64,000 nucleotides of DNA. Source: Ophelia neglecta. Its lineage: Eukaryota. Under the pieces are notes generated by a model. The model was given only the letters and a program-made list of their open reading frames with translations, searched no databases and was not told the origin of the DNA. The stretch is taken from contig OZ260666.1 of assembly GCA_965285935.1 (NCBI GenBank), positions 65,534,001 to 65,598,000 of the forward strand. The letters run 5' to 3'. Shown here piece by piece: positions 40,002-49,102 of the stretch; within the stretch, counting starts at the first letter, position 1, and each line of letters starts with the position of its first letter. A program made the translations under genes and the position numbers.

Positions 40002-40008
40002 ATTTATA
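40002..40008 (-). promoter_or_regulatory. TATA box (TATAAAT) of the 203-aa gene, flanked by CRE-like TGACGT sites (~39959 and ~40027)
   Basis: GATTATAAATAAA on the minus strand ~90 bp upstream of the ATG at 39914; TGACGTCT and TGACGTGT nearby. Confidence 0.55.
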
Positions 40009-40810
40009 ATCAGGAGTAACTGAGCATGACGTGTTATGATACTTAGGTGCATGCTGGTAGCATGTGATGTGGCATCACTTCTGGCTTTGAATTGTTGTAA
40101 AACTATTTTATCTGAATTAGCATTGCATGGTGATGAAAGGTAATAGGGGTATATTGACAACACAGGTAGCAACCATTAAGGACATGTTTTTAACTGCAAT
40201 AATCCAAATCTTCAGTTATATAAATCTATATATATATACTTAGTTTGTGATATATAAACTGATAGAAATGAATTGGTAGTATAAGTAAAAGAATATCCTT
40301 AAGCTGCTGAAACAATTTATTACAAATGATAATAAACATTACAATATAGACTTAAATACAACAATCCTGACATACTTTACTATATAATATAAAGGATTAA
40401 ATTAAATTCATATAGAAATACTTATATACTTTAAATATGGATTATATCAGCAATCATTTTCCTAAATAAATATCTTATTTTAGATGTGTGTTATGGAGAC
40501 TTTTAAAATAAGTAAATCCGTCAAATTGACTTCACATAAATCATCAGATTGGGGGGGAGAGGGGTGCTTTTACTAGCAGTTAAAGGATAAAATGAAGTAT
40601 GCAAGTAGACAGTCGTTGTACATTAGCTTACAAAACAAAAGGCGATTAGCGTGCTAGACAGTTAGAAAAATAGGTGTACGAAAGTCCCAATTTCAAATGT
40701 TCATAAAACATTATTTGCTGACAAATATTACAGAGATTATGGAAAATTACATCCAAATGTGTCCATATTGTTCAATGATGATACATAAGAATGTAGCTAT
40801 CAATTTTACG

Positions 40811-43183
40811 TTAATAATGTATAACATGGGATGAAAATTCGTGCACATTTCGGCAGACTTTCCCACACAGGTTACACTGCCAGGGATTGTTGAGATTATG
40901 AAGTCCCATGTGTAAGTAGTACACAGTTTGATCCGTGTAGATAATCTTACAAAATTTACACATTGACAGACACTCAATGTTGGACAAAACATAATCGACA
41001 ATGTCAGCGTCTTTCACGTCTTCGTGCGTCTGCAGGTTAGATGGCCTTGGAGAACTCTGAGTGGGAGTAGTATGCTCAGGAGAATTTTGTTCCTGTCTAG
41101 ATGTAACCTGAGGTGACCCCTGTTGGCCATGTGGGGAGATCAGGGGCCTGGTGACACCTGGTGACACAGACAGCCTTTGCCGGACTGTTGATCCTACAGT
41201 GTTACTCTGTCCAGCCTCGTCTAGCCACGTGTTGTCTGATGGCTCCGGAGACTGAGTGTTAGGTAGTACTCTAGCGGCTGCTAGTGGCTTCCTGCGAGAT
41301 CGTCTGCCCTGTAAACCAACTTGCAAAGATCCACATCCCAGTGAATCAGAGTGAGACTCTAAGTCCCCAGTGGAATGGGGTCTCTCTAGGGGGTCTGTAG
41401 CACTAAATGTTTTGACTTCTAAAACTGATGAAGGCCTAACTGCACTTCTACTGCTAGTTGTAATCTGAGGGTTGTGCATGAACATATGACTTAGATATTG
41501 TGTTTCTTGTACAGTTGTGAAACCACAAATCTGGCAACAGTGCTTTTTATTGTCTTTTGCAGACTGCTTGGTTAAGTGATACTGACTTCTGAGGTGACAT
41601 CTCAAGGCATAATTATCTAAAAATACCATATCGCACAGGCTACAGTTAGTCACTGGCTTACATTCTAATTCATGTTCCGCAAATTTCACTCTGTCAAAAT
41701 ATTTTTTGCAAATGTTGCATACACTCTTTTCATTTTGTTCATCATGGTTTAATTTTCTCATTTTTTCCAGTGCCTGCACACTAGCATCACCGACAGAATG
41801 GCTCCGTTTAATCCCTGCTTCTCTTTGGGTACAGTCTAAGCTTTTCCTTGTAGGTTCTGAATGGGCAGTGGATTTTCTCTGAATATGTTTATCAATGAAA
41901 TGCATGGCATATTCATCCCGTGTATCGAAAGAGATATCACACTTAATGCAGCAGGTTTCTGGTTGTTTCTGACCCAGCTGTTGAACTGGAAGTGGAGCTG
42001 AACTTGGACGAACTCTGGTCGAAACATTCTTAAGCACCCTAAGTGTGCTTACCTGTCCAATGTTTTTTCCCTCAGTATCATTTTTGGCATGAACCAAAGC
42101 ATGCATGGCCAAAGAATCAGAATTAGGAAAATGATCTAGACAGCGAGGACACTGATATTGAATTGGAGTCAAAGGAGGCATGGCAGAAATTCTCCTTTCT
42201 TTCTCGACATCATTTAGGGCATGTGCCATGGCATGCATTGCCAACGCATCTTGAGTTGGAAAAAAAGAACTGCACATGGTGCATTTGTAACCACTGGTAG
42301 GGATATCAAACATTGGTAAGTTAGTGTCAACAGTAGTGCCATCTAGCCTTGAGGTACTAAGGTTTAATGGAGAGACAGACTCCTTGTTTTGACCTGACAT
42401 GCTTTTCATACCATTGGTTAGTGATTGATGAATGTCCACTTTTGTCTCCAATTTGGTGCCAGTAGAATGGGGCTGAGGTAGGTGGTTAGTGATAGAATCA
42501 CAGGATTCATTCTGAGCTCTTACCATCATATGCATGGCATACGAATCCCGACTTGCAAATATGGAACGGCAATCGACACAGACAAAAATACTTTGTATTT
42601 TAACTTTCATTTCCTTATGTCTTGGGCTGTTGAGATGGGCCAGCAGTGCTCGGTAGCCTATAAAATCCAGACCGCAAACGCGACAGCCAAAGTACTGGTC
42701 ATCATTTTTGGCATGCTGCGTTTGATGTTTGACCAGAGTCTTTCCGGAAGAAAATCTTTGCAGGCATATATTACATACAAATGTTTCTCCTTTATGGTTA
42801 TGGTTTGAGATATTTAATTCACGATGTATGGTTGCCATGTGCAAACTTAAAGTTTCAGTGTTCCAAAAGTAACAGTCGCACACATAGCACACATGACTGG
42901 TGTTAAAGTGTGCCATTTTGTGCATTTGCAGTGCATCGTAGCCAGGGAATTCACACTGGCAGACTTCACAGACGGCGGTGTCAGGTGACGAATTTTGGAT
43001 TCTAGAGTATGATCTCATCCTGTAATGACCAAGGAATGGCTGACTTTGACTAACGGAAATAGAGCTGTTCTCATATTGTTCAGTGCCAGGCTCTTGTTTG
43101 ATTTTCATATTCATTATATTTGGAGTAGTATTCCCCGAGCTTGGATGACTCTCTAGGCTTTTCTGTGTGATTTGATTTTCCAT
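40811..43183 (-). CDS. C2H2 zinc-finger protein (790 aa, ~13 dispersed fingers) with C-terminal Ikaros/Hunchback-type dimerisation finger pair; single coding exon
   Basis: Long ORF with repeated CxxC...H...H motifs. The C-terminus CKFCKIIYTDQTVYYLHMGLHNLNNPWQCNLCGKVCRNVHEFSSHVIHY resembles Ikaros [31 protein letters not shown]....DRYEFSSH. First ATG is at 43183 (the track start at 43237 is GTG); CTTTTTTACAG acceptor at 43334. Confidence 0.93.
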   Translation of the reverse strand: MENQITQKSLESHPSSGNTTPNIMNMKIKQEPGTEQYENSSISVSQSQPFLGHYRMRSYSRIQNSSPDTAVCEVCQCEFPGYDALQMHKMAHFNTSHVCYVCDCYFWNTETLSLHMATIHRELNISNHNHKGETFVCNICLQRFSSGKTLVKHQTQHAKNDDQYFGCRVCGLDFIGYRALLAHLNSPRHKEMKVKIQSIFVCVDCRSIFASRDSYAMHMMVRAQNESCDSITNHLPQPHSTGTKLETKVDIHQSLTNGMKSMSGQNKESVSPLNLSTSRLDGTTVDTNLPMFDIPTSGYKCTMCSSFFPTQDALAMHAMAHALNDVEKERRISAMPPLTPIQYQCPRCLDHFPNSDSLAMHALVHAKNDTEGKNIGQVSTLRVLKNVSTRVRPSSAPLPVQQLGQKQPETCCIKCDISFDTRDEYAMHFIDKHIQRKSTAHSEPTRKSLDCTQREAGIKRSHSVGDASVQALEKMRKLNHDEQNEKSVCNICKKYFDRVKFAEHELECKPVTNCSLCDMVFLDNYALRCHLRSQYHLTKQSAKDNKKHCCQICGFTTVQETQYLSHMFMHNPQITTSSRSAVRPSSVLEVKTFSATDPLERPHSTGDLESHSDSLGCGSLQVGLQGRRSRRKPLAAARVLPNTQSPEPSDNTWLDEAGQSNTVGSTVRQRLSVSPGVTRPLISPHGQQGSPQVTSRQEQNSPEHTTPTQSSPRPSNLQTHEDVKDADIVDYVLSNIECLSMCKFCKIIYTDQTVYYLHMGLHNLNNPWQCNLCGKVCRNVHEFSSHVIHY

Positions 43184-44614
43184 TTTTGAAGACTTCAAAA
43201 AGACTGATTTTTCTTGGGTCTTATTTGCTGTGTACACTGGAGATCAAAGGGTCGCAGTATTCTAGACTCTTCAGCAGTTTAGCTGTTTAGTTCATTACGG
43301 CATCCATAGATGAACATTTCTTATGATGCCCGTCTGTAAAAAAGAGAAGTCTTTTTAAAGTATTGGTAAACATGACCTAAGCTGGAACTACTAAACTGGA
43401 GTTTGGTTGTTCCAGACCTAAGGCAATATTATGCAAAGTGATAAGAGTACAATATTCTCTGTAAAAAAAAAGCCTTGTGTTCTCAATAAAGGCTCTTGTT
43501 CGGTGTCTGGAGGCATGACAGGCTGCCGAATGTCTGACCTACTTGTGGCCTGGAACCAAGAACCTCTCCCCCCTATTTGTTTAGTACATTCACACAAAAG
43601 AAGTGTAAGAACAGATGTCATATTGCCTCTCAAGGATGTGCCATTAAAGCCGCTGAGGTTCAGAAAAGCAATGAAAGGTATTAGGTAAACTGAGAAAAAA
43701 GTGCCCTAGCATTCTGTTATAGAGTTGATAATTTGAGGCAATGAGGCAAAGTTTATAGATGGTATGGATCCATAACATAAATTTGTCTCGCATTTGGAAT
43801 GTGTTCCAGGAATTGTTTTCGGCAATAATCAACTAGAAATAATGCGATCTGTGTACATCAGAAGTGGTCATTAAACAACCAAACAGAAAAGCCTATCTAT
43901 TAATATCGCTGTCAGATAGGTTTCCATGGGGTAAATTAGGTTGCTGTTTTAGGTTTGCAGATGCTTTCGCAGAAAGTGAGACCTGGGCCTATTTCTGGAC
44001 CCACGAAAGGTGGTTTCAGAGGGCTGGTCTACAATCGCGTGGCTGGGCATAGGTCAGCCTTGGAAAATTAGCCCTCCCCCCCCCCCTTCCTGATATCCTG
44101 GATCTGCCACACTAGAACATACAGAATAAAATTATGAAAACTTTATGAAAGCTATCACACCCACTATCTATTTTCACAGCAGCATGTCCCTGCCAATATA
44201 AGAGGCTTAACAAAAGGCTTTGGACAACCTTGGTGCAAAGCAGTAGGGTTAGGTAGTGTGATGTAGTGTTTTGCAGTGCAAGTAGGGTTGAAGTCCTGCT
44301 GAAGTGCTGCACCACACTACTATATACTGGTTATCACTGATGTTGCCTGATGCCATAATTCTTAAATAGAAGTCCTCCAAACAGCCCCAGCTGGGGCTAG
44401 CATAGGAATGGGTGCATGTGTAAGTGAATATGGTGACCAAGGTGGACACCTTTGTAGAAACAGGGTTTCTTAGAGGTGCAGGTCACACCCAGTATGAACA
44501 AGACCCTAGACATATGGGCCACCAACCCCACCACCCCCCAACGGAAGCATACTGACCTCCTCTCCATACACCACAGCCATGCATGCACATGCCCCCCCAC
44601 ATACAGCAAATGCA

Positions 44615-44860
44615 CAGGGGTCTACACTAACTTTTCTCTGCACTTGCCCTGAGGGCAAGTAGCACCAGGAAACTACTAGCCCGCACCATAGGCTTACTGT
44701 CCCAAAAATATTTGTACACATAAAATATACAAGATATCCAACGATGGGCAATTTGGGGAATTTTAGCAGGTTGCCCGGCGGGAAGTAATTAAAACCTTTG
44801 TGCCCGCAAGCAGATTTGAGATGCCCCGGGACGTCGGGCAACAGTTAGTGTAGACCCCTA
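44615..44860 (-). mobile_element. Non-autonomous TIR element (MITE), copy 2 of the 31707-31955 family, inverted
   Basis: CAGGGGTCTACACTAAC ... GTTAGTGTAGACCCCTA; the internal sequence is the near reverse complement of copy 1; AATGCA occurs on both flanks. Confidence 0.9.
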
Positions 44861-45126
44861 AATGCAGGTTTACGCCAGACCTGCAGGTGCAAAACACAAA
44901 AATTAGTTTTTAAAAAAGCCCCTGAGTCTAGCCCTCTGAGCTCTCCGACGACCCCAACCCCGCCCCTTCCACCAGTGGTACACCACTCACCATCCCTTCC
45001 CCCATTTGTTCTTTGTTGTTCATAAGGTCACTCTTTTTCGAATATTCGAAGCAGGCGGAAAAACAATTTTGAATGAGATTTCTTCAAAGGATACTCAGGG
45101 TATTCCTCCATCAATCATGTACTGTG

Positions 45127-45713
45127 GGTGTCTGGTCAACTCGCGTGGGTACTACCTCGCGCGGGTGCCAGCTCGCGCGGGTGGCAACTCGCTCGGGGGA
45201 TTATTTTCACAGTTATGGTGTGTGCATGGGTTGCATGAATGTATACAACACCAAACATGGCGGGTCACGTTGTTTTGGTCGTGGAGGGCGTAAAAACTAA
45301 CTTGCGATCATTTACCGCCAGATAGATCGCGAGAATTTTCAAAAATATATAGTATATTATTGCTCATTCCCATGTCACAGTTCTTTTTAAACTCAGATAT
45401 TAGAAATTAAATATGTATATGGTTACCAATATGAAATGCGACTACGTATGGCACTCGAAAGCGAGTTCGCTAGTCACCATAAGGCTTCGTCGGCAAACAG
45501 GCCGACTTTGATAAAGTTTGACTACGTTTAGGGGCGAGTAATGGTTTCTATATATTTCTTTCATATTTACGAATCATATTAGGAGTTACGGATGTCTTGT
45601 CATCATGTCAAACATACTAAATTATATTAAAAGAAGCACGCGCGAGTTGGCTGCCGCGCGAGTTGGCATAGACCCTCGTGCGAGTTGGCACCCGCGCGAG
45701 TTGACCCGGGACC
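45127..45713. mobile_element. 587-bp TIR element with GG termini, 8-bp TSD and CpG-rich ~16-bp subterminal repeats (Merlin- or Mutator/foldback-like non-autonomous element)
   Basis: Exact TSD GTACTGTG at 45119-45126 and 45714-45721; left end GGTGTCTGGTCAACTCGCG versus right end (reverse complement) GGTCCCGGGTCAACTCGCG; about 4 copies of CCAACTCGCGCGGGTG at each end in mirror orientation. Confidence 0.85.
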
Positions 45714-46231
45714 GTACTGTGTCTCACTCAAACTGAGTATAAGCTTTGGGATGACCTAATAGGTAAATGTCAGCTTGCAATAACTATATAAATACTTTAA
45801 GCTGTCTATGAAAAAGCCTCTTCAATGCTATCCTAAACGTTTTCTTTACCATTCATGTGCTTAATTTCACTATCGATTTCCACACCAACAAAGGAGCTAA
45901 AAGCGACTCTTTCCTGCCGGAAGCAGTAGTTTGATGAGCGGCACCAAATATTGAACCGCAGAAAGAATGGTTACACCATGAATATAATTAGCCAATAAAT
46001 GTATCTACCGTTATAATTTTCAGCTTGATTTAAATTTAAACAGTGTTTGTAAAATAAAAATTTAGACCTTAAAAGTCGAAGAATAATATTTGGCGAAAAT
46101 TCCTCTTCAAATTTTACAGCCAGGCCTGCAGATTGTGAATAGCAGGTTTAGGCTCGTCATGAAACTGGTGCACGAGCGATAATACACACTTGAAATATCG
46201 GGAAACTAGCAGGCGACAGATGTTGGTGACA

Positions 46232-46267
46232 ATGGAAAAGAAAATAGCCAGAAACTTTAATGAAAAA
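46232..46267 (+). CDS. USH1C: Harmonin, first coding exon (MEKKIARNFNEK; an in-frame ATG at 46220 would add MLVT)
   Basis: Aligns to human MDRKVAREFRHK; AAA|GTGAGT phase-0 donor. Confidence 0.88.
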
Positions 46268-48413
46268 GTGAGTTCATGAATATAATTTGACTTATGTTGT
46301 TGTGTAGATAGCATTTCACATCACCAGAAAGAAAAATTGCCATTATATCAGCTTTTCGCATAAGATTTACAAATATATTGACGATCAGGTGACAATGTAC
46401 ACACTGATACAGTGCATATGTGCTACGAGGTGGTTTCAGGGCGTGTAAAATCGATTTATGCTATCGACTGTATGAAATGTTAACGATATTCATCCCTTGC
46501 TTTTGATGCCAGTGATGGCCAAATACGATACAACTTGATTTTTATGATTGAATGTATCAAATTGTCCAAGTGGAAGCCATTTAATATTGACTACAGTATC
46601 TGAAAAAAAATGTGCTTGGTTTCAGGAAGTAATTTTTTCACTGCCTGCATTTAACGTTGTATGAAGTGCACTTTCTTTTTGCCTTGTAACTGTATTTCAT
46701 ATGCAGTCCTATCCTCAGATTAAGTAGAAAGTAGAAGTTTTAATATTAAAATTATGTACATTAATTGCCAAAATAAATGACCTCAGTTATTTAAAAGAGG
46801 TTTCCATGCAAATCATTTGCATTTTGATAGCATCGACAATTTAAGATAATGCTTTTAGCAATTGATTGAGTTAATTTTAACTTCACATTCTCATCTATTG
46901 TTGTATTAAATACATGTTTTTTCCTTCCTCTCACTTCTAAACATTCTAAATAATACAGCACACTATTCAACACAAATAAATTTAACACTTGCAGGATAAA
47001 GCACACACATAATCAATCTTCGGCACTACAGATAAATTAGGGGTTGTTAAAATGCACTAGGAACTAATCAACAAAACACTTTGGTTACAAAGGGTTCCTT
47101 TCCTGTGGGATTGCTGTATACATTGAAATAGGTGTCAAGTTGCGAGGGTTGAGCCATGCTGTATCACATTTAGAGATTGTCCAGGCAGTGGATACTGAAG
47201 CCCTGCACATGGCCTATCAGATATCACTGGGTGACATTGATCTGATCATGATAAGGCACAGCCATCACACAGCTGGCCAGTTGTGTCAGAATATCCAAAC
47301 TAGTGAATAGCATCATTAGAGTGCTATACTATTTTTACTATGTGCTAGTTTATGCAAGGTATATGATACAGGGTAAGGCTTAGGACAGATTAGGATTCAA
47401 AAATATACCTTTGTTGTTTTATAGATGCATTTTTTTTATCTACTGAAAAGTTTTTTTTATGGTAGACACTTTTTTCTATGAAGCAGACCTTATAAAGCTC
47501 AGACCATAGAATGGTCACAGATAGAACATATGATTCTTATTATTCATTACATTATTACCGTTGTGCACTGTTTGTGCATTCCACTGGGGAAAATAGATTC
47601 GAACCAGATTTACCTTTTTAGGGCGAGGTTTTACGTTATAAATTTAAATAACGTTTTTATATCGATGTTAACCCTTTAATGCCTGACATTGCAAGGAGAA
47701 TAAAACATTATCGGCCAGGCACAGTGTCTCCTCTATTTCAGGGGACCCATGTTCACCCCTCTGGATGGCCATTAGTAATGTATTTTAACTAAGGGGAAAC
47801 CTTTCGCAACACAGGGTTATTTTATTCAAAATGGACAACAAACATAGGCTTTCCCCACTAAGAAAATAAGGCACAGACAAAAGAGAAGTATTGTGTTTTT
47901 TATTATAGCATTAAATATAAGGTTTAAGTGAGTAGAGTTGGTCATATTTACATTTACATATATGTGGGCAAAATGTTATTTACATCATTTAAAAGGCATT
48001 AGTAGATCTCCAAAAGTGTTTGCTTCTGAAAAAAATCTGGTAAAATTGTCCTCTGTCAATAGAATGTTCAATATTGTTGGCAGTTACGTTAGTGAAATTT
48101 CCCTGAAATGAATAATATTATTGAACTCACACTAGACTATCTGCACTCAGCGGAATAGTTTCAGTACCTAAATGATAGCAATTCTCAACTTAGAAAATTC
48201 TTGGATCATGCTTGGGCTCTAAGTCCAGTTCAATGTATCTTAGAAAAATGGCACATGAAGCTTTAAAAAAGCTGCATAAAATAATCGTATGAAATAAGAA
48301 AGTAAATACAATTTGATTGACGAAAAGTGCAGTGGTGGTCAAATGTTATTTTGTCAAGTAAAAGTTATGACTTACAGGACAAAATGTTTTCACATGGTTC
48401 TTTTTATTTCAAG

Positions 48414-48481
48414 GTTCAGGCTTTAATTCAGGATGGAAAAAAACGGGATAAATTGTACTCGGCACTGCAAGGCTATCAAGA
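48414..48481 (+). CDS. USH1C: Harmonin coding exon 2 (VQALIQDGKKRDKLYSALQGYQ)
   Basis: Aligns to [23 protein letters not shown] (harmonin N-domain); TTTCAAG acceptor and GA|GTAAGT donor; 68 nt. Confidence 0.88.
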
Positions 48482-48745
48482 GTAAGTGATTAAAACCTAT
48501 ACTTAAATTAAATTATTCATCAATTGACGGTCAATTGTTATTTAAGTTGCATGAATAATTAATTTGAATTTATAGTACAATCAATATGCCATACAAATGC
48601 TGCCCTCAATCTAAGTAAATTTGTCCAGGTTCTAACATGAATTAATTATAAAACATGTCATTTTCTTCTCTTTCCTATTGTTAATATTTCTGCCATGATT
48701 TTACCCTGTCAAATCCAGTAATGAAAAATGAAACTGTTATTGTAG

Positions 48746-48829
48746 GGACCACAACTTAAAAGATGTTGTTTATGCATTGAAGAAAATCATCAATGAACCA
48801 AAATTGGTGGAGCTCTATGAAATTGTGAG
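48746..48829 (+). CDS. USH1C: Harmonin coding exon 3 (EDHNLKDVVYALKKIINEPKLVELYEIVR)
   Basis: Aligns to [34 protein letters not shown] acceptor and GAG|GTAAGT donor; phase 2/2. Confidence 0.9.
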
Positions 48830-48955
48830 GTAAGTTGGCAGAAACCAACCATGGTCTAGGAATTGACAAAAAAAGAGTCACATATAGGTGGAAGGAGACT
48901 GACCTTCCACCCAAATAGGCCCTTCTTACAAGGATTCTCTATCTACAAATGATTC

Positions 48956-49102
48956 CATTGAAACCTGTAAATTAAGACCACCTGAGTGACTGGAACATAC
49001 TAGTCTGATTATGGAGGTGGTCAGTTTATTTTTTAACTTGTCAGACGTCCACATTGACAGGTGGCCTGAATGTAGAGGTGGTCTTTACAACCGGTTACAC
49101 TC
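48956..49102. mobile_element. Degenerate pogo/Tc1-like MITE remnant
   Basis: TGAAACCTGTAAATTAAGACCACCT ... AGGTGGTCTTTACAACCGGTTACAC imperfect inverted termini with internal GAGGTGGTC repeats. Confidence 0.5.

Noticed and set aside
40811-43183. Calling the zinc-finger gene hunchback or Ikaros
   Set aside because: Only the terminal finger pair matches; the diagnostic tandem DNA-binding array is absent, so no gene symbol is given.
43184-43237. ORF-track start of the zinc-finger protein (808 aa)
   Set aside because: The start codon is GTG; the first ATG is at 43183. An extension is possible only via splicing at the nearby TCTCCAG.
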